Shown here: positions 45,253 through 57,861 of the stretch, piece by piece | Position numbering within the stretch: position 1 is the stretch's first letter | How the letters are laid out: each line of letters opens with the position of its first letter | Assembly: GCA_964304625.1 (NCBI GenBank) | Contig: OZ199840.1 | Span: forward strand, 9,222,882 to 9,286,881 | Direction: 5' to 3' | Source of the DNA: Kudoa neothunni | Lineage: Eukaryota; Animalia; Cnidaria | Length of the DNA stretch: 64,000 nt | Translations under genes and position numbers: made by a program | The notes under the pieces: model-generated | The model's database searches: none | Seen by the model: only the letters and a program-made list of their open reading frames with translations | Told to the model about the DNA's origin: nothing

Positions 45253-45296
45253 GTGGGTGGGGGGCTGAAGGGGGATTTTTGGTCTTAAGTACATTT

Positions 45297-45308
45297 TGCG
45301 CGTGCGTG
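45297..45308. promoter_or_regulatory. NRF1-like motif TGCGCGTGCGTG upstream of FTSJ1 paralog 1
   Basis: 44 nt from ATG 45252. Confidence 0.5.
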
Positions 45309-45614
45309 ATTATTTTTGCATAACTTTAGAAAAATTAACAATTCCACCCACAGTCGTAATAAGCGATTGTATGCAACAATTATCGAACATTGAGCAAAAA
45401 AAATAAAATAGAAAAGTGATATTTATTTATTCATTTATTTGTTAAATGTAAATAAAATCAAAAACATTTTTAATACAAGTTGGCGCACTCGATAAATTTA
45501 AAATATCGTACGAGGGGGAAAAAACCAAAAAATCCGATCCAACATAAAATATAAAACAACGTTGAATTAATCTTTACATTAAAATATCTAAAATTTTTCT
45601 GTTGAATATAAAAA

Positions 45615-46735
45615 CTATTCAGTTGAACGTTTGTTGAGGAGATTTTGAAAAAAATCAGCGTATTCATCATCATCATCATCATCATCATCAATCGTTGGTG
45701 AGCGCTGCATTTTTCGAGCCATCTCAATGGATTTTTCACGAATATCAACAATACAGGCATTCAGATCCATCCGAGGAGACAACTTATCCTCATCTCTCAG
45801 CACCACATCATTCAAAGCATCGGACAAATTGTCTAGCTTATAGTTTTGGGTGGAATCGTTGGTTGTATTGCGTCGTTTCACATCGCAACAATCATATCCT
45901 CCATACATCACATACTTTAAAAGATTCGCTGCTGTAGTAACTTGTTTCCTTCAGTAAATTGGTCAGTTGATCAATTAACTGAAAACAAACTACTTTTCGT
46001 CCAATGACAACTCATATTCGGGCATCATAATTCGATCGGGTTGAGAAAGGTCGGCTTTAAAAAATTTGGGAGGTTTGTAATTTTTAGCGACTAGAAAAGC
46101 CTCAGCGCTTGCTCGTCTACTGGCCAGCGGTTTAATAATCCTAACCTCCTCAAAGATGCTACTAAGCTGATGCAAAATACTATTGGAATGAATTCCCTGG
46201 AAAATTTTTATCACAAAATTCCCTCCTCTCACCAAAAGATGGGAGGTAATAGCCATAGCTGCGGTAAAAATAAAATAATGAAACGATTCATCCAATGAAT
46301 GAATGCCGGTAATATCAGCGGCACCGTCACACACAACAACATCCGCCAATTCTCCGTTGAAATTTGCAATAATCTCCTTGGCCGTTGATTCCTTTATTTA
46401 TAAAACAAAATGAAGAGAGTGCTGTGAATGAAAGACGATTCTGTTACTACCTTAGTGATATCCCCAATCAACGTAATAACTCCGCTAATCGGTTCTATCT
46501 TTTGTAGGTCAACTGAAACAACTCTATAGTTATCACTATTTGAGGATAGTATTTGTTGCAACGCCTGACTCCAACTACCAGGAGCAGCACAAAGATCCAC
46601 CACGTTGACAGCGTTATCCAATATATGCATTTCTTCGTTCACTTGCAACAATTTGTAAACACTTCGAGCTCTCCAGTTTGACTCTTTAGCCAATCTATTA
46701 TACACATCTCTCTTATCTTTTGAATTTTTGCCCAT
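45615..46735 (-). CDS. FTSJ1: TRM7/FTSJ1 paralog 2 with divergent acidic C-terminus
   Basis: [71 protein letters not shown]; intron after GDITK at the same position as paralog 1; poly-Asp tail. Confidence 0.9.
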
Positions 46736-46786
46736 TTACCATGCACGGATCACCTGTTGTAGTGGCAGTGCGTTTAGATTCAGTTA

Positions 46787-46799
46787 TGCGACGTGCGCA
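46787..46799. promoter_or_regulatory. NRF1-like motif TGCGACGTGCGCA upstream of FTSJ1 paralog 2
   Basis: 51 nt from ATG 46735. Confidence 0.45.
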
Positions 46800-47150
46800 C
46801 TTGAAGCTTAAATAATTTTAATAAATAATGGTTATTTGATGAATTTTATCGAAAATTAGTTTACTATTTTTAATGCATACAATAAAGATGAAAATTCATC
46901 TTTTTTATATTCACATATGATTTAATAAAATTAATAAACCAATTACAAAATGTTTCCAAATATATTACATACATAGAGGATGAACTATACATTAGTTTTG
47001 GATAAAATAATGAAACAAATAAATTAGCGTCATAATTAATTTTTTTTGATTTTTTAATTAATTATTATAAAATTTAATATTTCAATTTAAAATCAATTTG
47101 CCCATAAAAATTATATAAACTAAAACTTTACATTAATGGTTATGTTAAAT

Positions 47151-49262
47151 CAGTGGTTCTCCAAATTTTTTCCTTGCGGACCCCTAATGTGTTATTGTTA
47201 ACCTTTAGAGCCGAGCGTTCCGGGGTTCAAATTGACCCCATAGTCTATTGTATCACAAGTTTTATACACATAAAAGAATTTATCAATAGTAATATCTGGT
47301 GTATTCTCCTAAAATAAATAGTATTTTATAATTATTCAACAAAAATTTGAAAAAGAAGAATAAACAACGATATTAACAAAAAATATGCAGTTGGTCCTTT
47401 TGGGGAAATTTGACCCCAGAATTTTTATTGCTTTAAATGGTGGCAGAATATTAAAATAAATGAATGGTTGAGTTTGATTACATTATGTAGGCAGAATATT
47501 GAGAAAATAAGGATAATATGTACACGAGATCATACGCGATGAACCAGTTTTATTGCGCCGTTCTCCCGAATTTACCTGAAATGCGCAGACAGCGGCACAA
47601 TGTCAACTTCAGAGGGATTTTTCTCTCTCACTCTTGGAGCGATTGTGATGAACTATTTTATGTCGCTTATTTTAGTTACCGAAAGTCGAGTTCCGATGCA
47701 GCTGACGATAAAACTAATGTTTATGGCCTGGATTACGTAAAAGTTATTACTAACTTGTGGAAAATAGTTTGTTCGAATCAACTTAATTTACCAATATTTT
47801 TACACACTTTAAATTGATTTATCACACTAATTCGTTACGATAAAGTCCTGGTCGATAAAAACACAGGTGGCGCCAACAAATTCACGTACATTCGAACTAG
47901 CTTTATAAACGTAGTATAAATCTTGACGGAAATTTGTCGATAAATTTTAATCTACTTTCACATATGATTACGTAACTATTTATTGCATTTAACTATGCAA
48001 TAAAAGCCTAGGGTCAATTTTAATAATAGTTTAATTTAAAAAATTCTTGATGAAAAAGAAAAATTTTATTAAAACATTTATCACGCAAATTAATTATGTA
48101 GTAGTTTTATTTTAAAATATGTATTACAAATTTTTAATTATTAGGGTGCGAATTATTTTCGTTATTAAAACAAAGAATTAACATCTATGAAATTCTTCTT
48201 TGGAATTTGTTTAAAAATTATTGAAATTCAAACCAAGTATAGAAAATGGTGAGAAATGTTTTAAAATAAATTTTTTTTATAAAACCCATTTAATTATTAT
48301 TATCTATACATGGGTAAATTTTTAAAAGTAAAATTTATAAGAAATATTTTTGCTATACAAAATCTCTATTTTTGTTGATTACAGTCGAACCTGGATATTG
48401 CGTGATTTCACAAATTTATTGAAATATAAAGGATATTTTAATTGTTTTACTTGAACTTTGCTTGTGTATTTTTAAGGTTAATGTTACCGGAACGAAAAAA
48501 GATGAAAATATTTTACCAGAGAAGTATGAATATAAGATATCACGCTAAAACTAAAATCTCGCTACTGCATAAGATTTTGTCCACTTTAGACCCCAATCAA
48601 TCTTCTTTTTGAATTCCATGAAAAAATGGTAAGGAATCAGCGAATATTATAATACGATGAAATCACTCAAAGGAGAAGAAGCAACGACTTGTGAACAGCC
48701 TAAAGCATTTAATAATATAAAATTATCGAACCATAATATAATATATTTTCAGGGCACTCTACTATTAATATAATTTTAGCTTCTCAAAATGATATCATTA
48801 ATTCTACTATTTCGGCTTCAAAAAAAAATAAATGAAGAGAAGTACACAGAGTTAGATAGTTTATTCTTCACATGGATAACTAAAATGTGAATGAGAATTT
48901 TGTATTTATATTATTTATTTTTCGTTCATTCGTCCCACATGCACAAAAGTTTTTCCTAATGAAGGTTGGATTACCACAAGATTTATTTAACGCGGTTTTT
49001 GACTGATTGAAGAAATAAATATGTTAATTTTTACAGTTCATCTATGAATTAAATTAAATTAGATCTGATCTGATCGAATATATTATAATTCTGATGAAAA
49101 AGAAAGATATATTAGTCATTTTCTAATTTTAATGTGGCATGAAGCTTGATTCAAATTTATAAGCAGTACAAGTTAAAAATTCAATACGTCTGAAAAAGGT
49201 GGGGTACAGAACTTATTTTCAAGAAAAATTAGGGCGCGAAAAAAAAAGATTGGGAAACACTG
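47151..49262 (+). mobile_element. Decayed hAT (Charlie/Buster-like) element
   Basis: TIRs CAGTGGTTCTCCAAATTTTTT and AAAAAAGATTGGGAAACACTG; remnants resembling RWL..G/EEI (~48960-49020) and K.R.RL (~49165-49192); no matching 8-bp TSD seen. Confidence 0.6.
47202..48030 (+). mobile_element. piggyBac family B derivative (copy 2), nested in the hAT
   Basis: TTAA(47198-47201)+CCTTTAGAG...GGGGTTCAAATTGACCCC; retains transposase remnant LIRYDK...NKFTYIR; homologous to 21.2-22.4 kb and 54.6-55.5 kb. Confidence 0.75.
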
Positions 49263-49574
49263 ATATAGAGCTTAAGATTGAATTACTAAAAACTGTCCAA
49301 ATGACCAAACGACTTGCAGGGAATTAGCGTGAGTAAATGTTGGCACAAATAACAAATGCAATCCCATCTTTGAAAAGAAGTAATCCGCTTAACAAACTTA
49401 ACATTGATAATAACACATTTTGTTACATTATTTTATAACGTCTGTCAATGTACGAACGAATATAAGAATTTTTAAATTATCTTAAACGGTTAGAAGTTAC
49501 AAAAATATCTATCTATAAGGAAGAAAATTTTATCTCACAAACGTATGCTTACTTAAGGGCACACACACTTCAGC

Positions 49575-49955
49575 TTTATATATATAGTAGATAGATAGTG
49601 GATAATAAATAGTGGATAATAAATAGTGGATAATAAATAGTGGATAATAAATAGTGGATAATAAATAGTGGATAATAAATAGTGGATAATAAATAGTGGA
49701 TAATACATAGTGGATAATAAATAGTGGATAATACATAGTGGATAATAAATAGTGGATAATAAATAGTGGATAATAAATAGTGGATAATAAATAGTAAATA
49801 ATAAATAGTTAATAATAAATAGTAAATAATAAATAGTTAATAATAAATAGTTAATAATAAATAGTTAATAATAAATAGTTAATAATAAATAGTTAATAAT
49901 AAATAGTAAATAATAAATAGTAAATAATAAATAGTAAATAATAAATAGTTAATAG
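49575..49955. repeat. 14-bp minisatellite ATAATAAATAGT(GG/AA/TA), about 27 copies
   Basis: Direct reading; explains ORF 49530-49736. Confidence 0.92.
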
Positions 49956-51184
49956 TAAATGAAGGAGATCTCAAAAGATTCTTGATATTTAATCGTATTT
50001 TTGTAGTTGTTTTTTATGAATAATAAACAACAACTTGACGAATTCTAAAGGGCAACACGGATATAATCGATTTCGTGACTTTATTTTTACGGCAATTAGC
50101 ACAGAAATCTAATTTCGCAATAATAGATTGTTCTGGAAGGAATATTCATTCTAATCGCATAATCTACAACATTAAGAAATATTTTTTTGAAATTTTGAGT
50201 TTTTATAGATTTCTTTACAAAATAAATTATAACACAAGGAAATTTTGTGACAAATATAAAATATTTATAAGAAAAAATACTTAATTATAATTAATGTATG
50301 AAGACAAAATTGGATTCAGGTTTTATTGAAATCACTCACGTACAATAGGTTGAGAAACTTTACGTGAAATGTTTATTTTCGCATTTAATTTACAAACTTA
50401 AAACTACGGATCTTAGTTTTCGATTAAAATCGTCGCATTTCTAATAAAGTTTCGATGTTTATTTTCCGAGAATCTTAGAAATGTTTCAAAAATCTTGAAA
50501 TGGATGGTAACTGGAGAAAAATTGGTAATTTTCATGTTGAATAGATCGACATAGAGAAGGTGGAAAATGAATTAGCCTGTACATACATACTGCAGAGTGA
50601 AATTATCTCTACAACAAAATATAATTTACAAGTTAATAAAGTCAAAGAAATATATTTTGTTAAAGCTGCGTTTTAAGACATTTTTCTGCCAGTTAATTTT
50701 TGGAGATGGGAAAAATTTTGTTCCAAATATTTAAAATTTACTGTTCAAATATATGCGCACGCGTGTTTCTGAACCAACCAAAATAAACGTCGATTAGATC
50801 TTCGATTTATTTATAATTAAAACCACCTAGGGAATCTAACTTAATGCAAAATTGCGATTATTCATTATTCCCGCCTAATCTAATAATATTTTGCATAGAA
50901 ATATTTAATTCATTTCTAAATTATGAATAACGCATATTTTCCTCTAATAAAAAGTCTCATAGCGACTTAATTATTTCTCGAAAAGACAATAATAAAGTCA
51001 AAATATAAAATTCGATATCGGTTTTATTTATATAATTTTGCGTAAATTAGTTTTCTCGTTGAAGTGAACTATTTTTTGATTGAATTTTAATAGAAATATT
51101 ATCCTTTTAGCAATTTTTTTTCTGAGAGGAGATGGGGGTTTCAGCAACTAGCGTGAATAGCAAAGCACCGCATTAGTTAATTAA

Positions 51185-51507
51185 CCTTTAGTGGACAACC
51201 TTGGGGTCCGCGCGCCCATCTTCTTATTATTTTTTCTATTATTTTTTCTATTATTTTTTCTATTATTTTTTCTATTATTTTTTAAATTATTTTTTAAATT
51301 ATTTTTTAAATTAATTTTGTTAATAAACTTGTTATATTGTATGTAATTTCGCGAAAATTCGATCTACTACTCCTTAGAAAAGTATAATCTATCGATTAAT
51401 ATAATAAAATTGGTAAACGTTATGGCGAAAATACTCAAAATGTAACAAACCTAACAACAAAATAACATTAAGATGGGTGCGTGGAACCTATGGTCGTCTT
51501 CAAAGGG
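51185..51507. mobile_element. About 320-bp TTAA MITE (family C) with ~38-bp imperfect TIRs and an internal 13-bp AT repeat
   Basis: TTAA-CCTTTAGTGGACAACCTTGGGGTCCGCGCGCCCATCTT vs AAGATGGGTGCGTGGAACCTATGGTCGTCTTCAAAGGG-TTAA. Confidence 0.8.
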
Positions 51508-52387
51508 TTAACACTCAATACAAATACACACTCACAGGTATGTGGAATTGATTAATTCATGTTCGCCGGTAAATTCTTGCGAACTCTTAAAATTTAATTC
51601 TTTCACTATACTAATGTGATAGATATTGAAATATTCCAGCAATAAATAATATCATATGATAAGTAAGGGTGTTTTAAGAGAGTTCCACTGCCACTCGGCC
51701 ACCAGATAACGTTCGATTGGACTAGATGGACGGTAAACCCATCGTGAATAAAATTTTAAATTTGTTATGGTAACTTCGAAAAACGCATATTGTTGTTATC
51801 TTGACACATGATTTCAACCGGAAAAGTTCAATAAATAAGTCATGTTGAGTAGTTTATCTGAATTTCTAAGGATTAGAAATCGGAATCTGTGCTTCATCAA
51901 ACAATACTTCGTAATTCTCGGAACATTCGAAATAATATATACAATACAATATCCTGTATACTAATTAATTAATTAATTAATTATTCAATTAATTAATTAT
52001 TCAATTATTCAATTAATCAATTAATATTAATTGTACAATTTAACAAAAAGATTATTCACCTAATTTGTACAACAAAGCTTATTAAGATAAGACTTTAAAT
52101 GAGAATGATTTAAATAACGTTTCAAATGCTTTAGAGCTGAAGTGCACTCATGCCTGTTAGAGTCATTGAGTATCAAATGACGTTTGGTTTGGACGATCCA
52201 TCCATCCATCCAAACAAACACTGTTTAATCGTTTAATGTGACAGATTCACGCGGAAGATAAGCATCTGTCACGAGAACGAGAGGGTTGGTGTTAATCAGG
52301 TTGGACAGCAAACAAACGCCTAGTACGGGCGAATATTCCGGCACAGATCGGCGACGTATCAGATCAAATAAGTCCGATGATAGTCAT

Positions 52388-52423
52388 GGCGCAGGCGCAG
52401 CAGACGTCACGTTAGCACCAATA
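52388..52423. promoter_or_regulatory. PURA promoter cluster: NRF1-like GGCGCAGGCGCA, CRE-like GACGTCA, CCAAT
   Basis: Adjacent motifs in a GC-richer patch about 200 nt upstream of the ATG. Confidence 0.5.
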
Positions 52424-52616
52424 GACAAACTCGTACACCGATCGTAACAAAGTCGTAGTTGTTTGTCGTCGGGTCCAGTTGTTGTGTATTGGTTTATTAT
52501 ATCGCTTGTTGTTTGCGAACTAGTGCAGTTTTTAGTTGATTGTGATATACAACGGCCTAAAACAATCAAGTGTATCTACTCACAAAACAGTCTTTTCTCT
52601 ATATATAAATACGATA

Positions 52617-53819
52617 ATGACTGTTGAACCAAACAACAATATGGGTGATGAATTGGGTAATTACACATTGTTTATTATAATCTCTCTATGAGGAGCGATT
52701 ATATGCCCATGGATTCCAAGAAATACTTTTATATTGTAGAATTTGATTCGAAAAAGCTACAAGTTGGCGAAAGAATCTACTATATCGACATGAAAGAGAA
52801 CAAAAATGGTAGATTTATCAAACTTGTTGAGGTAATGCTGGGATTAGGGTGTTTTCGGGTGGAAATGATATTTCAAATTGTGTAGGGTCTTGGCTACGGT
52901 AGAATGAGTCGTATCATAGTACCGTTGTCCATTGCTACCAGTTTTGTTGCCAAACTCAAGGAGAACAACGAATTCAGTGTGGAACATCCCAAAAGTGAAT
53001 CCCCCAAGAAACAGCAACAGCAACAGCAGCAACAACAACAACAACAACCAACCACCAATGATGTTGATGAGAAAAATGATGATTTTCCTACTATTATCCA
53101 CAGCTCGAATCTGTTTATACAGAATAGACGATTCTATTTTGATTTGCGCGAACACAAGGATGGTTATAGGCGTCTCAGAGTAATCCATTGTTGTGTTTGA
53201 AATATTTGATGGGTAGGCGCTCATAGATTAGCTACGTAATGAAAACCAAGAGGATCAATCTGAGCATGGTTACTGACGCGTTGCCTAGTCTCATTGAGAT
53301 TATGGAAGATTACATCGAACGATTTGGCGATGCATCAGTGGAACAAGAATCCACAACCGTCACCTCTCTGAAGGTGGAAACCACCAACGTCAACACAGCC
53401 ACATCACCTAGAGTGAGATCCAAGCGTTCTTCAGTTAAAGAGGACAACATCGTCAAGACCAAATCAAAGAAATCCTCGTTGGTTGTTTCGGAAAAACCAG
53501 CACCAGTCAGACAATCCGTAGTCAACAAGGTGTATTCACTTGAGGTGGTTACCGGAGAGCAAAATGCTTTTATTAGAATGACCGAGCTTATTGGCAACTC
53601 GAAAAAGTCTACATTTCATGTTCCCCTTGAGGGATGTGCTGCGTGGAAAGACGCTATTGGTAGCTCGATTTCTACCATTCTCTAAGGTTGGTTAATCATT
53701 CGATTGTTGTAGTTAAATTCGTCAACGAAATCACCGCAGAAGATATTTCTAACGCGGCCGCTCTTCGTGCAGCGGCTGAAGCGGCAAATGCCAATCTTCA
53801 CGCTGAAAAGGCCAACTAA
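52617..53819 (+). CDS. PURA: Pur-alpha-like ssDNA/RNA-binding protein, 5 coding exons, three PUR repeats and poly-Gln
   Basis: FDSKKLQVGERIYYIDMKENKNGRFIKLVE; SSNLFIQNRRFYFDLRE; VNKVYSLEV...FIRMTEL; last exon VKFVNEITAED...EKAN*. Confidence 0.85.
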
Positions 53820-54636
53820 TCCCCACCACACACAACATTCCCCATCATTATCTACCGCGCATTTTGTCACATCTACCTCCAACACATTTAGTTAGGGATG
53901 ATTTTTTGCCAATCATGTATTAGTATTGCTTAACTGTTGATGGTGCTATTACGCGTTGTGGTTTATCCTTTCTTTGGTTGATGGGGGTTTTATCAACTTC
54001 TCGTGCTATCTATCTGTTATTAATTGTTATCAAAGTTGAGTCATATTGATAACGGTTTTTCCTGTGTTATTATAATTTTTCTGTACACACAAAAATTTGA
54101 CATATCTAATATCTGATGTATTCTCCTGGAACAGCGTTTCTCAACTGGGGGATAAGTTGGAAGTGACATCAAATTTGATAAGGGCACTTTTTGCATCATG
54201 TTATTTGTGAGGGATTCTGTTAAACTCAGTAAGAAGTCGGCTGAAATGCCAAATGTCTTTGTAGGAATAAATATTTAGTTTAAATCAGTGATGTAATCCA
54301 ATAGTAACGACTTCACTTGAAGTGACTGTTTTCGTGACAAATCATATTTAGCTTTCGTTGGTTTTGATCGGTTTTAATTATTTCCAGCGCCTATGCTATG
54401 AACGAAGGATTCGGATAGAAATAATTTAACTTGGTAGAATCAAAAAAATTAAAAATGCAGACAGCGTGTTAGTAAGAGTCGATGGGGTTCAAAATTGTCG
54501 CAATGGCAATGCGAGCGTACATGCTTTTTAGGATCAGAATTTACTTCTGAAATAGAAAATCGACAATAGATAGACTCCGCCATAGTTAAACCAGTATAAA
54601 ATCTTAAAGTTAATATGAAATTAGCTTCCAAGTTAA

Positions 54637-55499
54637 TGGGGGTAAATTTGAAGAAAACGTTGATAACCCCTCTCCTAAACCATATAACATTTTAGAATTA
54701 TTTAATACAAATTTGAAAATGTAGAACAAACGACGATACACATAAAAATATACAATTGATGCTTTTAGGGTATATTTGATTTAAATAATACTAAAATATT
54801 TAGAAAAATTAATAGGTAAGTTTTGTCGATTTCTACAGGCAGAATACTGAGAAAATAAGAAAAATATGTAAACGAGATCGTACGTAATTATGCGAATGCT
54901 TAATGCTTATTGCTAATAAAAGCGCAAGAAAAACTTCGATGAGATTTTTCTCATTGATCATGATAGCAATGACAACGAAATATTTCATCTCACTCATCTC
55001 AGTTGTCGTAAGTCAAACTCTGGTGTATCTGATAATAGTGATGAGAATTTGAATAAGTTTACGAGATGGGTAATGTTTATGGCTTAAATTATACCCCAAG
55101 GGCGATATAAATAAAATTCATATTGTTCATTTGCGCGCCAAACTAGGCAAAAGCGATTATTTTTCGCCCTTTCTATGTCAATGTTTCAATGTTTCCATGT
55201 TTCAATGCCCTGAGGGGATTACGATTAATCTGTTACGACTGAACTTAATCTATCAAGATTTTTAGTAATGGTATAATTTTTACCTATGAAATATAGAATT
55301 ATCTCACTATTTCGTTATAATAAAGTTCAAGTCGACAAATACACAGATCACAACAATAAATTCAAACGAATCGGAACATTTTAGTTTACACTCAGTGAAA
55401 ATGAAAATACGATGGAAATTTGCTGATAAATTTTTTGCATTAAAAACGAAATAAAAGTCTTGGGTCAAGTGTATCGTTGATTTTTATGTTTTTAATAGG
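54637..55499 (+). mobile_element. piggyBac family B derivative (copy 3, more decayed)
   Basis: Shares GGCAGAATACTGAGAAAATAAG and TTCGTTATAATAAAGTTCAAGTCGACAAATACACAG blocks with copies 1 and 2. Confidence 0.65.
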
Positions 55500-56215
55500 T
55501 TAGAGATGTCGACAGGATAGAACAGTCTATTTGATCAATTTCGCTCTTAGAGATTCTTGGAATTTTCATTAGATCTAGTGTGTACATTATTTACTTTGCA
55601 ATAACTAATGAGGTTGACTTAATTAGCCTTCCTTCCAATTCAGTGTTTCCGAACCTTTTTCATAAGTATTTATTTTAACTTTGAAACAAGCTTTCTATCA
55701 CATTAAAATATGAGAACGATTTATATATACTTATGGACTCGATAAATTCAAAATGTATTCGATTCGATTCGATTCGATCCGATCCGATATAAATTATTTT
55801 ATTGTTGGACCTTAAAAATTAACATCTTTAATTCTTTATTCCGTCAAAAACAACGTCACAGGAAACTTGTGATAATCAAAGATTCATTAGGAATGACTTT
55901 GGTGTATATGGGGCTAATGAAGCGAAACAATATAAATAACAATTTAATCAATATTATATTAGGTTTAATCAAAAAAGGGGATGTATGATTCTTAATGAGA
56001 CAAAATTGAGATTCAATCCATTATGATTGATTCTATTAGGGTGAATAACACGCTAAATATTCTTATTCATTTTTATATACCTAATAATTTCTTTTCGTAT
56101 TTTTATGATATTAATATATACTCAGAACGCATTATGAAACACAATATTCAAATAATGTAAAATATAGCTAAAAGTTTATTTGAGGATAATAAAAAAATGT
56201 GTTATCGATCATCAG

Positions 56216-56709
56216 CTAGTCTAAAACAACAAATAATATCACAATACATAACTACAAAACTATCACCCTCAGAAACAAATTCAATCGAATTGTTTATTTG
56301 ATACAGCGAATTGTTCAACTGTTGAGACCATTGATCAAAGTTTTCCATAGGCTTCCATGCACACTCATATTTGGATGCACTCTCAATGAGTTTTTTAAAA
56401 TGAACATCAGCTTTGGTTATTTTGGTTTCTAATGCGTCACACAATTCACCAAGATATTTTTGGTTGGCATATATTTTCTTCACTCTAACCTGCACATAAA
56501 CATCCAACACCTCTTAGCACATGCTTACAATTCATTATTTTTGTCACAAAGTGCAATCCCAAAGTTTCTAGCATCTTTAAACAGTTGATTTTTTATCGTA
56601 CCTATTTTAAAGTTTCATAGCAGCCTCATTAAACTGTTCCATTTCTACTATGCTGTTTCAATAGTTGGTTTCTACGTTGTAAATAAGCCTTAAAGGCATC
56701 CGAGCTCAT
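56216..56709 (-). CDS. BLOC1S1: BLOC-1/BORC subunit 1 (GCN5L1)-like, ~118 aa, 4 exons
   Basis: Spliced MSSDAFKAYLQRRNQLLKQH...IALCDKNNELVKKIYANQKYL...WKPMENFDQWSQQL...IEFVSED* aligns by eye with BLOC1S1 (VAQAYMNQRKL...LKEIGDVENWARSI...LEYV). Confidence 0.7.
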
Positions 56710-56720
56710 TATATTTTGTA

Positions 56721-56732
56721 TGCGCTTGCGCG
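56721..56732. promoter_or_regulatory. NRF1-like motif TGCGCTTGCGCG in a 39-bp bidirectional spacer
   Basis: Identical 12-mer to the MPHOSPH6 site; lies between the two divergent ATGs. Confidence 0.65.
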
Positions 56733-56748
56733 TTACTGCAAATTCATA

Positions 56749-57861
56749 ATGAACGACGGTGGCGATGAATGCGAGACTGCCAAACTAAAACAAACGATGA
56801 AAAGTTTATTATATGTAGGAATGAAATGTTAAAACTTTAAACTGTAATTTTTACTGATTTATTAACGCAAAGGAACAATATCTGTTGAGATCCGATTTAC
56901 ACGGTGTTCAAACCAAGTACCTTAACTTGATGAATGAAAACCGGTAAATTTATTTTTTAAATTTTTGAATTTAAAATTTTATAGTGAATTGTTGTCAGAG
57001 TTGGTAAAAAATGATGTCACATTTTCGTTTTCTTCGGGTAGTCACTCTTTTTGAGTTGTCTAACCAACCAAATGAATTTCTATGATCTCAAATAATTTAA
57101 AACTAGATGAAGATTGGGATGAAGAATTCGATGGCTATGTGGATTCTTTAAAATGTGAAGGGGACGACAAACCTTCTACTGTTAGTAATAATGGCCCTGT
57201 GGAACGGTATCCAACTCATTGGAGAATTGCTATTTATTACCGAATAATTCTGTTGTTGTAGAAACAAATCATCAGTTAAAAAACCACCCAGCAACTCGGC
57301 GGCGGAAGGAGTTCATGTAGATTGTTGTTAGGGAGATAAATGAATTTGAACTTAGCTAGAAAACACCAGTCAAACCCAACTGTTCTCACATTGAAAATGT
57401 AGCTTTTATAATTTGGTGTGAGCTTCGACTGAAATTCACTCTGTTATTGGATTAGGGAATTCAATGCAAAAACAAAGTGAAGAATAAAAAAACCAGTTTC
57501 TGTAAAAGGCATGATCCAGCTGTTACCGTATCTCCCAAAAAACAAGCATTGATTCTTCTGTGTCAGTCGGCTAACATGAACAAATCGGAGGGGAAAATTT
57601 CAGTCCCTATGGAACCACCTTCCTCACTTGCGCTAGATTCTTCAGGCGTAGAACCGCGACCCTCTCAAACTTCACAAAATACAAGTATCTGTGATGATTC
57701 GTTGATTGAGGATACCAACAGTGGAACGACAAATCTACAAGCTGAGGAGCATTACATGACCACCAATCGTATTTTATTGGTTGTTGTTGTTGTTGTTGTT
57801 GTTAGTTGTAATGTGTTATTTAGAATCGGAGTTGTCGTCAAACAACAATGAAAACGACTGA
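56749..57861 (+). CDS. INO80E: INO80 complex subunit E (INO80E/TFPT family)-like, multi-exon
   Basis: MNDGGDECETAKLKQTMKSLLY|EQYLLRSDLHGVQTKYLNLMNEN|RELLSELV..SSDED resembles INO80E ([27 protein letters not shown]...FLLDRL...SSD) followed by a low-complexity tail. Confidence 0.65.

Noticed and set aside
49530-49736. Repetitive ORF
   Set aside because: Translation of the 14-bp minisatellite
52844-53597. Antisense ORFs over PURA (and similar ones over DHX38, the convertase and the transposases)
   Set aside because: Shadow frames of real coding sequence
53755-53790. GC-rich hairpin GCCGCT...AGCGGC as a 3' UTR RNA element
   Set aside because: Better explained as Ala codons of the last PURA exon
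54132-55670. Additional hAT termini (CAGCGTTTCTCAAC at 54132, CAGTGTTTCCGAAC at 55641)
   Set aside because: Both are solitary and in the same orientation with no partner end, so element boundaries cannot be defined
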